A stretch of 64,000 bases of DNA from an uncultured Bacteroidota bacterium (GCA_963770945.1 CAVYRP010000002.1:381778-445777), one strand, 5' to 3'; shown: positions 10,638-22,644, numbered from the stretch's first letter. Numbers and translations are program-made. The notes: a model not told the origin generated them from the letters alone.

Positions 10638-11823
10638 TTGAAACAGAAAAAACTGATACTTATTGTTCTTGACAGCGTTGGCGTCGGCGAATTGCCGGAT
10701 GCGGATATTTACGGAGACCGGGGAGCCAATACAATTGCGAACATTGCGAAAACAGTCGGCGGCCTGCATTTGCCCAACCTTGCTTCTTTAGGACTTGGCA
10801 ATATCACTGACATCAAAGGCGTTGCAAGAATTGATAACGCATTCGGTTGTTACGGAAAAATGGCGGAAGTATCGGAAGGCAAGGACAGCACTATAGGTCA
10901 TTGGGAGATAGCAGGTATTATCACGCAACAAAAATTCCCACTGTATCCGAAGGGTTTTCCAGATAAGCGTACTCGAGACATTTCTTCGTATTACTGGATG
11001 CAGCGGATATTTAGGGAACAAACCAGCGTCAGGAACGGAGATCATCAATGAATTAGGTGATGAACATGTGCGGACCGGTTTTCCCATTATATATACATCG
11101 GGCGACTCGGTGTTCCAGATTGCAGCGCATCAGGATGTTATTCCCCTTGAGCGTCTTTATGAAATATGCAAAATTACTCGGGAACGAGGTATTGGTAAAT
11201 GAACATTGTGTGGGTCGTGTGATAGCACGCCCCTTTATCGGTAAAAATAAACAATATATACGTACACAGAATCGACGCGATTATGCGGTTAAACCTCCGG
11301 CAAAAACGATATTGGATATTTTATCGGAGGATAATATTAAAACGGCAGGTATCGGGAAGATAGATGATTTATTCTGCGGTTGCGGATTGCAGGAAAAATT
11401 CATACCAAGTCGAATGCGGAAACGGTAGAGGAAATTATTAGAACAGCCAAAACGATGGGATCAGGATTCCTGATGTCAAATCTTGTAGATTTCGACATGT
11501 TGTACGGCCATCGGCAAGATGTAAAAGGATACGCGAATGCACTTGAGGAGTTCGATGAAAAACTTCCGGATATCCGGACGTGTATCAACGATGGTGATTT
11601 GCTTGTTATTACTGCCGATCATGGAAATGATCCGACAGATCAGAGTACGGATCATACTCGGGAGTACGTTCCTCTGCTTTGTGCCAGTACTTCCGGGAAG
11701 AAGAATGTAAATCTCGGAGTTCGTCGTTCGTTTGCGGATGTCGGGAAAACTGCAGCGGAGTTTTTTGGTGTCGGAGAAGCTCATTTGTTGGCTGGACAGA
11801 GCTTCTTAGGAGAAATTTTCTAG
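10638..11823 (+). CDS. deoB: Phosphopentomutase DeoB, frame-disrupted (at least 2 indels).
   Basis: The gene has a TTG start. The N-terminus reads [22 protein letters not shown] and contains ..[11 protein letters not shown].. The C-terminus reads ..[13 protein letters not shown]...REYVPLL. It spans three overlapping frames (10638-11051, 11057-11428, 11380-11823). Confidence 0.75.
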
Positions 11824-12018
11824 ATATTGAGACAGGAAACAATATACGTGTTGCAGAGTCTAATAAACAGGTCTGGAATGAGATAAATTCGAAAAGTATG
11901 AGGAATTTGGAAAGTAATTTCCGGTAAATGTGAACTTTCCGCACTCCTTATTCTTGTTATAATATAGTGGTGGAACATTCTGCAGGAACTCCCGTAGCAA
12001 TCCTACGGGCAACAAGAG

Positions 12019-12897
12019 TTGAATTTTGATAAAGAGTCAATGGTGAAAATAAGCAAACAATATACAAATCGTGAAAGCCAATCACTTGATAAGTATCTTC
12101 AGGAAATTGGCAAAGTCGAATTATTAGTGCCGCAGGAAGAAATTGATCTCGCACGGCGTATAAAAAAAGGCGATCAAAAAGCGCTGGAGAAACTGACGAA
12201 AGCGAATTTACGCTTTGTCGTGAGTGTGGCAAAACAATACCAGAACCAGGGATTATCGCTCGGTGATTTAATCAATGAAGGTAATCTTGGATTGATCAAA
12301 GCAGCAAAACGTTTTGATGAGACCCGCGGATTTAAATTCATTTCATATGCGGTGTGGTGGATTCGTCAATCGATCTTGCAGGCACTGGCTGAACAATCGC
12401 GTATCGTACGTTTACCGCTGAATCGTGTAGGCGCACTCAATAAGATTGGCAAAGCATTCAGTACGCTGGAACAGGAATTTGAACGCGAACCGAGCGCAAG
12501 CGAATTGGCAGAAGAATTGGATATGTCGCTCTTTGAAGTTTCCGATACGCTGAAGATTTCCGGCAGGCATTTATCAATGGATGCGCCGTTTGCACAGGGC
12601 GAGGACAACCGCTTGCTCGATGTTATTCAGGATAATCGTCAACCGACACCTGATTCCGGGCTTTTAGAAGAATCGTTGAAGAATGAAGTAAAGCGTGCGT
12701 TGGCAACACTCAGTGAACGCGAGGCGCAAGTGATCAAGTTGTACTTCGGTCTCGATTCGGAACATTCGCTGACATTGGAAGAAATCGGAGAAAAATTTAA
12801 CTTAACGCGTGAACGCGTTCGGCAGATCAAAGAGAAGGCAATTCGCCGATTGCGTCATGCATCGCGAAGCAAAGCGTTGCGTGCATATCTTGGATAA
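12019..12897 (+). CDS. rpoD: RNA polymerase primary-like sigma-70 factor (short RpoD, Bacteroidota type).
   Basis: 292 aa. Region 2 reads [18 protein letters not shown] and [10 protein letters not shown]. Region 4 reads [29 protein letters not shown]. Confidence 0.85.
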   Translation: MNFDKESMVKISKQYTNRESQSLDKYLQEIGKVELLVPQEEIDLARRIKKGDQKALEKLTKANLRFVVSVAKQYQNQGLSLGDLINEGNLGLIKAAKRFDETRGFKFISYAVWWIRQSILQALAEQSRIVRLPLNRVGALNKIGKAFSTLEQEFEREPSASELAEELDMSLFEVSDTLKISGRHLSMDAPFAQGEDNRLLDVIQDNRQPTPDSGLLEESLKNEVKRALATLSEREAQVIKLYFGLDSEHSLTLEEIGEKFNLTRERVRQIKEKAIRRLRHASRSKALRAYLG

Positions 12898-12944
12898 ACG
12901 AAAACGTACCGGAGGAACCGGAAAATCGTGATCGTTATCGAAGC

Positions 12945-12972
12945 AAGCCCCGCGGCGTGCGGGGCTTTGTCA
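12945..12972 (+). terminator. Intrinsic terminator after rpoD.
   Basis: Hairpin gccccgc-ggcgt-gcggggc followed by ttt. Confidence 0.5.
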
Positions 12973-12994
12973 TAACGAAAGCATTTTCTTCATC

Positions 12995-13634
12995 GTGAGC
13001 AGACAACACATTCTATTGGTGATAGGTTTCGTTCTCACAGCCTTTATTCTCGCAGGCTGCAGCGGATCATCACCTCGATTCAGAAGCAAGGAGAAAAAAA
13101 CTTCTTCTGCCGCAACACAGCATCATGGACCGCGTTTTTCATCGAAGGAAGCGGAAGAAGAAGTTAAAGAGACCGATAAAAAACCGGATAAGAAAGAAAT
13201 AGAAAATATAGCCAAGGGCGACCGAGATTTTCGAAAAGAAAAAAACGACTGCAATAAAACCGCTCGATCAAAGCAAGATGATGCGTGAAATTTCCAAGTA
13301 TATGGGCGTATCGTATGTGCATGGCGGATCAAGCGTTGATGGAATGGATTGTTCGGGATATACTATGACGGTGTATAAGAATTCCATGAGTATTCTGCTT
13401 CCACGCTCGAGTTACGAACAATCGAAAATGGGTACAGCAGTAGAATTGAGTGAATTGAAATTTGGTGATTTGATTTTTTTTAACACGACAGGCGAAAGCG
13501 CTTCTCACGTCGGTATCTATTTGGGTGACGATCTGTTTGCACATGCAAGCGTTTCACTCGGCGTGACTATCTCTTCGCTTCAGAGCGGTTATTATGTCAA
13601 GCGGTATGAGTGTGCTCGGCGGATTGTAGATTAA
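12995..13634 (+). CDS. Lipoprotein with a C-terminal NlpC/P60 (C40) peptidase domain. Frameshift near 13280.
   Basis: Signal peptide and lipobox LAGC. A Lys/Glu-rich linker follows. The catalytic region reads ..GMDCSGYT...SHVGIY. Confidence 0.65.
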
Positions 13635-13670
13635 AACCTAAAGTAAAATAAAAAAGAATCATAAAATACT

Positions 13671-14174
13671 ATGTCCATTCTTCCCATCTATCTTTTTGGA
13701 ACCGAAATTCTCAAGAAAAAGGCCAAGCCGGTTGAAACACTGGATGATTCGATCATCAAGCTCATCTATGATATGTTCGAGACGATGCATAAAGCCAACG
13801 GAATCGGTCTTGCGGCAAATCAGGTCGGCGATCTTCGACGCGTTATTACGATAGATATTTCGGATGTCACCGAACCAAATGCAGAAGGTGAGATGGAGGA
13901 TTCTGCGCATCCAACTTCACCGGATCTTCCTCGAACGCTTGCATTAATCAATCCAGAGATTATAAATGAAGAAGATTCTTGGATCGATGGAAGAAGGATG
14001 TTTGAGCCTTCCGAGAGTGCGTAGGTGAAGTAGAACGGGCAGAAAAAGTACGTATCCGTTTTCGTGACAGTGAATTCAAGGTAGCAGGAACTTTTAGCTG
14101 ACGGATTGCTTGCGCGTGTTGTGCTTCATGAATTTGATCATCTCAATGGTGTTCTCTTCGTGGATCGTGATTAA
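13671..14174 (+). CDS. def: Peptide deformylase, interrupted by about 3 frame changes.
   Basis: N-terminus reads MSILPIYLFGTEILKKKAKPV and contains ..GIGLAANQVG. EEGCLSLP lies in a second frame, GEVERAEKVRIRFRD in a third, and ..LLARVVLHEFDHLNGVLFVDRD* in a fourth. Confidence 0.7.
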
Positions 14175-14277
14175 TAAGAGCAAAACGAAGTATGCTGCTG
14201 CCTAAATTGAGAAAGATTCGAAAAGGAGAAGTCGATCCCGACTATCCGGTGGTTACTGCTGCTGAGGACGTAACAGA

Positions 14278-15202
14278 ATGCGAATCCTTTTTATGGGCAC
14301 ACCGGAATTTGCGGTTCCAAGTCTTCGCATACTTCTGGATCATTCCTATGAAATCCCGGCTGTCGTAACAGCCCCGGATAAACCGAGAGGACGTGGTCAA
14401 CAGGTTTCCTTTACTCCTATTAAAGAGTTTGCAATTCATCATCAGATTCCGGTTCTTCAGCCGGAAAAACTTAACGATACAGAGTTTATTGCTGAAATCC
14501 AGGTTGCTTCACCCCGATCTCATTGTTGTAGTAGCATTCCGAATTTTACCGCGAGAAGTATATACGATCCCGAAACTCGGTTCTTTTAATCTTCATGCAT
14601 CGCTTCTGCCGAAATATCGCGGAGCCGCACCGATCAATTGGGCTATTATCAACGGAGAAAAAGAATCCGGCGTTACGACATTCTTTTTAAAGGATGAGGT
14701 GGACACGGGTTCTATCCTGCTTCAGACACGAGTACCAATCGGTCCGAATGACACTGCAGGTGATTTGCATGATACACTCTCTAAGGCAGGTGCAGAGACT
14801 GTTCTTCAGACTGTTCGCCTTATCGAACTCGGCAGCGCACAGCCGCGTACGCAAGACGATTCGCTTGCATGTCCTGCACCAAAGATTTTTAAAGAAGACT
14901 GCCGGATTGATTGGACGAAGTCGTCACAGCAGGTTCATAATTTTATTAGAGGACTTTCACCCAATCATACGGCTTGGACAACACATACGGGCAAGCTGAT
15001 TAAAGTATATCGTTCCGAAATAGTTGAAGGACAATCGACACAGGCAGGAATTATTTTGAGTCGAACACGGGACAAACTGGAGGTCGGAACCGGAAACGGT
15101 ATTGTTTCTCTCCTCGAAATTCAACAGGAAGGAAAACGCCGGCTCGGTATTGAAGAATTTCTTAGGGGTTATTCAGTTGAATCAGGTGAAATGTTTTACT
15201 AA
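14278..15202 (+). CDS. fmt: Methionyl-tRNA formyltransferase. Frameshift near 14510.
   Basis: N-terminus reads MRILFMGTPEFAVPSLRILL. A second frame continues ..HPDLIVVVAF...FNLHASLLPKYRGAAPINWAIINGE... Confidence 0.75.
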
Positions 15203-15396
15203 AAGAAACTTATTGCATTCATTGTCCTGCGTGCATGTGTTTGTAACTTTAAATAATTCTCGTATATTTAAAAAGCAAAAAAAATATCCGCACAAAAGAA
15301 GGTGTGCGCAAGCGATTCTCCTTATGAAAGTAAAAACGATCGACGGAAAAAAAGGCGGAGAAAATCGGATTTCAGACGATATTGGTTTCGGGACGA

Positions 15397-16057
15397 AATG
15401 CTTCTGATTACCAAACTTGCCCGGATGATCGATCATACACTTCTGAAACCGGACGCGACGCTACAGGAAATTGAGAATTTATGTGCTGAAGCAAAGCATT
15501 ATGGTTTTGCAAGCGTATGTATCAATCCGGCGTATGTGAAACTATGTGCTGACTTGCTGAGTAATTCAAATGTAAAAGTCTGTACCGTCATCGGTTTTCC
15601 TCTGGGCGCAACATCGAGTGCAGCGAAAACTTTTGAAACGGAACGGGCAATAAAACATGGCGCCAGTGAAGTTGATATGGTGATCAATATCGGAATGCTG
15701 AAATCCGGCGAATATGATTATGTCGAACACGAAATTCTTGCAGTTGTCGAAACGGCGCATCGCTTGAAAGCGCTGGTAAAAGTAATCATCGAAACCGGAT
15801 TATTGAACAATGATGAAAAGATAAAAGCATGCGTCCTGGCGAAACATGCCGGAGCCGACTTTGTTAAGACATCGACAGGATTTGTAAAAGGCGGGGCGAC
15901 CGTTAAGGACATTGCACTTATACGGAAAGTTGTCGGACCGGAACTAGGAGTAAAAGCTTCCGGCGGTGTACGTTCTAAGAAAAAGGCACTTGCTCTTATT
16001 GCAAGCGGTGCGACGCGGATCGGTGCAAGTGCAAGTGTTAAAATTGTTACAGGATAG
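15397..16057 (+). CDS. deoC: Deoxyribose-phosphate aldolase (first of two paralogues).
   Basis: Contains [18 protein letters not shown]...VCINPAYV...DMVINIG...FVKTSTGF, a class I aldolase DeoC signature. Confidence 0.8.
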
Positions 16058-16096
16058 CAGATGGTGTTATAATCCATTATCTGAAAGAGGCTCTCG

Positions 16097-16669
16097 GTGG
16101 GTCGACTATCTTTCAATATCAGTTTGCTTTTCATCGGTATGACTCTCTCGTTTCTGGGTTGTGTTTCGTCGGAAGAAACAGGCGCAGGCGATAGAGCAAA
16201 ATCTCCGGTAAGGGTTTTCGATCCGATTGATACCATGGGCCTTACAGGCAGCCGGGAGATGAACCAGGATTCCATCCTGAATTTAAAAAACAATTTAAGC
16301 ATTTCAGATCGATCGTTGCGTATTGCACCAAAACTCAAATCAAAACAGGACACGGTGAGAGCATCCGTCATAAGGAAAAAGAAATCTTCCGTACGCCAGC
16401 ACATCAAAATCGAGCGTCCGGAACATCCGATCTATACCGTGCAAATAGGAGCATTCACTCAAGCTTCCAAAGCTTTGAGCACACAAAAAAAAGCAAAAGG
16501 CCGATTTATTTATCAGCCGGTTTTTAATAAATATATAAAGAATGCCAAACTGTACCGTGTGAGCATCGGCAGATATGAAAACCGCGAGGATGCGTTCGCA
16601 CTTGCCGATACTATGAAAGAACAATATCCCGGTGAGTACAGCAAATGCTGGATCAACTTCATACCATGA
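16097..16669 (+). CDS. SPOR-domain lipoprotein.
   Basis: The SPOR domain reads YTVQIGAF...LYRVSIGRYENREDAFALA. Confidence 0.6.
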   Translation: MGRLSFNISLLFIGMTLSFLGCVSSEETGAGDRAKSPVRVFDPIDTMGLTGSREMNQDSILNLKNNLSISDRSLRIAPKLKSKQDTVRASVIRKKKSSVRQHIKIERPEHPIYTVQIGAFTQASKALSTQKKAKGRFIYQPVFNKYIKNAKLYRVSIGRYENREDAFALADTMKEQYPGEYSKCWINFIP

Positions 16670-17209
16670 TGAAAACGCCGATAATATATTCTACACTTTG
16701 TTTTCTGGCATTGTTGTCGGCAGGATGTTCGTCGTCTTCTTCGTTGAGGCATAATGGAGAGCGCGGACAGGAAACATCGAAAGACGGCAATCGTTCATTA
16801 GCGGACTATGAGGCAACATTGGATCCGGCAGATTATGACCAGGAAATCGAAGTTATTGAGAAAATAAATATTGAGGAAGCGAAACAAAAGTCGTCGTTGG
16901 AAATTCCGAAAGACAGTCTGGTTATTGAGGAAGAAGTAGTACAGGGATTTCGAATTCAGATATTCTCTTCCTCCGGCGTTGATGAAGCAACTTTTATGAA
17001 AGGATATAGCAATTCAGAAATTTGTCGGCGATTCAGTATATGTAGTGTACGATGCACCTGTGTACAAAGTACGTGTGGGAGATTTTTTAAATCGCTATGA
17101 AGCAAACCAGCGGCTACCGGAGTTTACGGAAAAAGGATACAGGGATGCATGGATAGTACCTGATAGAATTATTCAGCGGAAATTCGTGCGTATTCCTCTT
17201 TCGAAGTGA
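16645..17209 (+). CDS. SPOR-domain protein with a frameshift near 17030.
   Basis: Contains FRIQIFSS... A second frame continues ..YVVYDAPVYKVRVGDFLNRYEANQRL. Confidence 0.5.
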
Positions 17210-17686
17210 GTTTATATCGGACTTTGCTTTTTTTGCAGCAAATACAATTAATTTTGGTCTATCTTAAAATTGCTCCGCGAAGGATTATTATTCGAGCATT
17301 TGTCAAGTAGCTGCCGCTTTTCCCTTAATGAATTTCTAACGGATAGAAACATTCCGATGAAATGAAGAACTTTTTCGAACTCTGCAGTGTTGGTAAACAG
17401 AGTACCGGAATTGACTTTTACATTCGCGATCCTAATTTCGACAAAACATTTTTTTTCTCTAGATAGGATTGATAGATGAAAGGAATTCTGTTTTTCATTT
17501 TCTTGAAGCTTTAGAATCGTATATATTTTTTTATTAAACGATTACAGCGGCCGGGAGACCTGATAAATGATATTAAGGGTGCAAAAAAAGAAACAAATTC
17601 ATGTTCGCATACATAAAAAATATTTTTTTATGTCAAGTGATTTTTATGACGATGTTCAACCCTTAAAAAAACACTTCATTTTTAAC

Positions 17687-17844
17687 TTGACAAAGGGACT
17701 GTAACAGAATATATTTACAACCAGTTGCGACGCCAAAAAGGCAGCAGGAAGGTACTTAATTCTTATAAAGTTTAGAGTCGTAAAAGAGGAGAATAAATGT
17801 GGCGCGCAACGGCCACTCTTTTTTATCATCAATATTTTTTCTGA
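17687..17844 (+). promoter_or_regulatory. nrdJ leader region. It contains a sigma70-like promoter (TTGACA-N17-TATATT, 17687-17715), a strong SD (aagaggag, 17784-17791), a 15-codon uORF MWRATATLFYHQYFF* (17797-17844) and a terminator-like hairpin with a T-run (17799-17824) that overlaps the uORF.
   Basis: Read directly from the sequence. The hairpin is GTGGC-gcgcaacg-GCCAC followed by tctttttt. The intergenic region spans 17210-17945, about 735 bp. Confidence 0.4.
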
Positions 17845-17945
17845 AAATTGAAATCAAATTATCCCAGCCGTCGTAAGACGTATTTATTATTCATTGGTTG
17901 GAAGCTTTTGTATTGCACCATACCATTTTAAGCAAGGAGTTAGAT

Positions 17946-20716
17946 ATGCAAAATGTGCAGTCCCCCTCAGCCCGAGTCCATTCACATACACAAGAACGAA
18001 ATGCTGTGAAACGGGGATTACGTTTCGAAAGATTTTTTACGAGACAAGGCGTACATCCATTCGATGAAATTGAATGGGAACGGCGTACTGCTACTATTTC
18101 GAACGATCGAGGCGAAAAAATCTTTGAACAAAAAGATGTTGAAATTCCCAAAATCATGGTCGATGACAGCAACGAATGTTGTTGTCTCGAAATATTTCTA
18201 TGGTCAATTGGGAACTGCAGAACGCGAAACGAGCATACGGCAGCTTGTCGATCGTGTCGCCAAATCGTACTATACATGGGGATTGAAAGACGGTTATTTC
18301 GCATCTGAAGAAGATGCGGAAATATTTTATCACGAATTGCTGTATCTTCTCGTCAACCAGTTTATGTCGTTCAACAGCCCGGTCTGGTTTAATGTCGGAG
18401 TTGAAAAAATGCCGCAATGTTCGGCATGCTTTATCAATTCGGTTAAAGATTCAATGACCTCCATTCTGGAGCTAGCGAAAACGGAAGGTATGCTCTTTAA
18501 GTACGGTTCGGGCACCGGTTCAAATCTTTCTACGCTTCGCTCCTCTAAGGAACGTATCACCGGCGGCGGTACTGCATCCGGACCGGTTTCATTCATGAAA
18601 GGGTACGATGCATTTGCAGGTGTTATTAAATCCGGCGGGAAGACACGCCGCGCAGCAAAGATGGTAATTCTAAATATTGAACATCCGGATATTATCAGCT
18701 TCATCAATTGTAAAGCGGAAGAAGAGAAAAAAGCATGGGCGCTCATCGATGCAGGTTATGACGGCGGCTTCAATGTGCCGGGAGGCGCGTACGATTCTGT
18801 GTTCTATCAAAACGCAAATCACTCTATCCGCGTGACCGATGAATTTATGAAAGCCGTGCTGGAAGATAAGGAATTTTGGACTAAAGCAGTAAAAGGCGGA
18901 ATGCCGATGGAAAGATTCCGCGCGCGCGATCTGATGAAACAAATTGCCGATGCGGCATGGATCTGCGGCGATCCCGGTATCCAATTCAATACAACGATAA
19001 ATAACTGGCACACATGTTCCGGTACGGCACCGATCAATTCATCGAATCCTTGCAGCGAGTATATGTTCCTCGATGACAGCGCATGCAACCTTGCATCGCT
19101 GAATCTTATGAAATTCCGCAGGACAAACGGCGATATAGATGTGGAAGCATTTAAGAAAGCTGTTCAGGTAACGATTACCGCAATGGAAATGTCCGTCGAT
19201 AATTCAAGTTACCCGACAGAGGCGATTACGCATAACAGTCACGACTTACCGTCCGCTCGGACTCGGGTACGCAAATCTCGGTGCACTGCTGATGTCCCGC
19301 GGTGTTGCATATGATAGTGATGAAGGCAGAACTCTTACCGCTGCTATTACATCTCTCATGTGCGGTGAAGCGTACAAGCAATCCGCAAAAATCGCCGAAG
19401 TACAGGGACCGTTCAATGGATTTGCAGCGAATAGAGATCCGATGTTGAATGTGATGGCAAAACATGGAATTTGCGCAGAACGCATCGACAAGAATGCAGT
19501 AGAACCCGGTCTCTGGGAAGCGCAGCATGATGTATGGAAAGATGTCGTAGAGTTAGGGAAAGAGCACGGCATCCGCAACGCGCAGACAACCGTTCTTGCC
19601 CCGACCGGCACGATCGGTTTCATGATGGATTGCGATACTACAGGTATTGAACCGGATATCGCTCTGGTGAAATACAAGAAAATGAGCGGCGGCGGTTTGA
19701 TGAAGATCGTCAACCAGACCGTGCCGGAAGCGCTTACGAAATTAGGATACGACGGCGAACAGATCGAGCATATTATTGCATACATCGATAAGAACGATAC
19801 TATCGAAGGCGCACCGCATCTGAAAGAAGAACATCTTTCGGTGTTCGACTGTGCATTCAAACCGGCAAATGGCAAACGTTCTATTCACTATATGGGGCAT
19901 ATCAGGATGATGTCGGCAGCACAGCCGTACCTGTCCGGTGCAATTTCAAAAACAGTGAATATGCCGACCGATGTGACCGCCGAAGATATTACACAGGCCT
20001 ATACCGAAGCATGGAAACTCGGGTTGAAATCCATTGCCGTGTACCGCGACGGATGCAAACGCACCCAGCCGCTCAGTACATCGCTCGATAAGAAAAAAGA
20101 AACACCGCAGATAACCAACAGGCCGGCACGCCGCCACTTGCCGGATGAGCGGGCATCTATTACTCATAAATTCAGCATTGCCGGACATGAAGGCTATATC
20201 ACTGTCGGAATGTTTGAAGACGGAACTCCCGGCGAGTTATTTATCACGATGTCCAAAGAAGGCTCTACGATTTCCGGCTTGATGGATTCGCTTGCTACAT
20301 CGATTTCGATTGCACTGCAGTACGGTGTGCCGTTGAAAGTGATGGTCGATAAGTTCAGCCATGCGCGCTACGAACCGTCGGGTTTTACGAACAATCCGGA
20401 TATTCCGATTGCAAAATCCGTAAGCGATTACATTTTCCGCTGGCTCGGCAGGAAATTTTTCAAAGACGAGAACGCAGCGGTGAATACGAATAATGAAGTA
20501 AGCGATGTGAAAATTTCAGAAGAAACCGCTAAGAAACCGGTAGGTATTCTCAATGCCGCGGCAACGAAAGCCGCTTCGGTGTGGGAGAAAAACGAGAAGT
20601 TCATATTTGAGACACAATCCGATGCGCCTCCATGCCACGAATGCGGAAGTATTATGATCCGCAGCGGCTCTTGCTATAAGTGCCTTGAGTGCGGCTCGAC
20701 TTCAGGTTGTTCCTGA
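17946..20716 (+). CDS. nrdJ: Class II adenosylcobalamin-dependent ribonucleotide reductase NrdJ, frame-disrupted near 18160 and near 19285.
   Basis: N-terminus reads MQNVQ..GLRFERFFT. It contains ..NSPVWFNVG..CSACFI..., the thiyl-radical region and ..RPLGLGYANLGALLM.., and ends in a C-terminal Cys-rich tail CHECGS..CYKCLECGS. The frame breaks sit at short homopolymers, for example tt at about 19233. Confidence 0.8.
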
Positions 20717-20918
20717 GGTTTTCCGAATAGCCGGGGAGGAAAGATGAATATTTTTTGGGGAAGTAAAAACATATAATGATTTTTAACTAACGCCGGTGGT
20801 GGCAGCATCATCGGCGTTTGTTGTTTAGTCTTATCAGCAGGCGATGATATATATCTTCGCCTGCTTGCGTTATTAAGGATTTGCATTTTTACTGTTTGCA
20901 GTTTAATTTGTCGTCGTA

Positions 20919-21530
20919 ATGCCTATCGCGCCAATCGTATATCCATTGCATCGTAACTCACAGAGACGAATCTATGAGGAAGGGGCGAGTTATTTCATTA
21001 CTACGGTTACTTACGATCGATATCCATATTTTCAAATACCTTTGCTTTCCGAACTTTTTATCAATGATTTATTGTTTGCAAGAGATCTTAAACAATTTAA
21101 ACTGCATGGTTATGCCGTTATGCCGGACCACGTGCATCTTTTGATCACGCCATCGGTAAAAGCGAATTATTCAGAGGTAATGCGGTCTCTTAAAACAAAT
21201 TATGCTCGAGATGCAAACGATATTATGTTTGATAGAAAGACAAATATCCAATCTGAAGGCGACGTGGCGCCACGTCGCCTTCAGATACATGCAAGACATG
21301 CGGAGTCCTCTTTTCCCGAATATCGTCGACGTTTTATTGATACTTATGGTCCTAACCATAATATTCCCTTTTTTAAATGGAGAAAATCCTTTCGAGATCA
21401 TATAATCCGTGGTGATAAAGACTTTTCAAATCATCTCGAATACATATTTAATAATGCAATGAAACATGCCCTTGTCGAAGAACCGAGAAAATGGAAATGG
21501 ATGTGGGTAGAAACTATGGATAATCAATGA
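20919..21530 (+). mobile_element. REP-associated tyrosine transposase (RAYT; IS200/IS605 Y1 HUH family TnpA).
   Basis: 203 aa. The HUH motif is MPDHVHLLITP. The C-terminal region reads FKWRKSFRDHIIRGDKDF..YIFNNAMKHALVEEPRKWKWMW. The 32-bp perfect palindrome at 21253-21284 lies inside the ORF in frame. Confidence 0.75.
21253..21284. repeat. 32-bp perfect GC-rich palindrome ctgaaggcgacgtggc|gccacgtcgccttcag (REP-like hairpin).
   Basis: Read from the sequence. It encodes SEGDVAPRRLQ of the RAYT. Confidence 0.8.
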
Positions 21531-21531
21531 T

Positions 21532-22110
21532 ATGGATTATCATTGTAGAAAGCGAACATTGGGAAATATTGCAGCATATTTCAAATATCAATCGACGAAA
21601 TTGATAAACGAATTACGGGATACATCGGGTGTGAAGGTATGGCAGCGAAACTATTATGACCGGATTATTCGTAATGAAAAAGAATTACAGTATATACAGG
21701 ATTATATAGTCAATAATGTAATCGCATGGGCATTTGAAAAGGAGCATTCGGAAAATATTCCATTATAAATACGAATACAGGCGACGTGGCGCCACGTCGC
21801 CTTCAGATACATGCAAGACATGTGGAGTCCTTTTTTCCCGAATGTCGTCAACTTTATTAATACTTATCGTCTCAACCATAAAATTCCCATTTTTTAAATG
21901 GGCAAAATCCTTTCGAGATCACATTATCCGAAGGGTAGGAGCGAGGTCACCTCGACCCTACGAAAGCGAACATCGGGAAATATTGGCAGCATATTTCAAA
22001 TATCAATCGGCGAAATGAAAATGGATGCGGGTAGAGTCGATAGAAAGTCAATAATATCGATATTAATCGCAGAGATGAAGCGGAAAGGCCATAACCATGT
22101 TGTGTTTTGA
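21532..22110 (+). pseudogene. RAYT remnants with a second copy of the REP-like palindrome. Segments of roughly 21253-21604 are re-duplicated at roughly 21779-22060, with deletions.
   Basis: Fragment 21532-21768 encodes ..VWQRNYYDRIIRNEKELQYIQDYIVNNVIAW, a RAYT C-terminal region. The palindrome recurs at 21779-21806. A second FFKWAKSFRDHIIR-coding fragment lies at 21880-21930. The repeat gtagaaagcgaacattgggaaatattgcagcatatttcaaatatcaatcg occurs at about 21545 and again at about 21958. Confidence 0.55.
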
Positions 22111-22188
22111 ATAAAAAATAAATACTATCAAAGTGTTGATAAATAAGAATGATTATATACATATTCCCTTCAGTTAAAAGGAAAATAT

Positions 22189-22563
22189 ATGGAAGATTTA
22201 AAAATTATCCCGCCGGAAGAATCGGAGCAGGAATCTTCATTTGGCAAAATATTTTTAAGAATTGGAGCAGTGTTCCTTTGCATAATCGCCAGTATTGCAC
22301 TGATTCTACTGGGATATTTATCTGCTATAATCTTGAATTTGGATTTAGAAATATTTAATACATATACGGGAACTTGTTTCCTTACCAGCATTGTGATATG
22401 GATGCTGATCGGCCTATTAACGCCTTTCATTCTTTTCCAAAGGTTCTTAGAAGAAATAAGAGAAGTAACTGCCATCAGGGTAATTGTCAGTATTATTACG
22501 TTTATTTCATTGATATTTTTGAATTGGTATGTGGTAAATATTTTGGCAGAAATGATCGCTTAA
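22189..22563 (+). CDS. Hypothetical membrane protein.
   Basis: 124 aa with 3-4 TM helices in an AT-rich stretch. Confidence 0.35.
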   Translation: MEDLKIIPPEESEQESSFGKIFLRIGAVFLCIIASIALILLGYLSAIILNLDLEIFNTYTGTCFLTSIVIWMLIGLLTPFILFQRFLEEIREVTAIRVIVSIITFISLIFLNWYVVNILAEMIA

Positions 22564-22644
22564 ATTCTCATTACTTAATAAAGAGGAGAAAGATCTCCCT
22601 CTTTGTATTTCAATACATAATAGCTGTAGAAAAAGTCTTCTTGT

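Noticed and set aside
13671-15202. Multiple frameshifts in def and fmt read as programmed frameshifting or genuine pseudogenes.
   Set aside because: No slippery heptamers or stimulatory structures were seen. The breaks sit at short homopolymers, and similar breaks are spread across unrelated genes, which favours sequencing indels.
17556-17573. gccgggagacctgat resembles the cobalamin-riboswitch B12 box (rAGYCMGgAgaCCkGCc).
   Set aside because: Only about 11 of 18 positions match. The flanking conserved elements (GGTGC and so on) are missing or in the wrong order, and nrdJ is not a typical B12-riboswitch target.
21171-21405. Two mutually antisense 67- and 76-aa ORFs inside the RAYT gene.
   Set aside because: They are created by the perfect palindrome; they read ..NLKATWRHVAFR.. 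on both strands.
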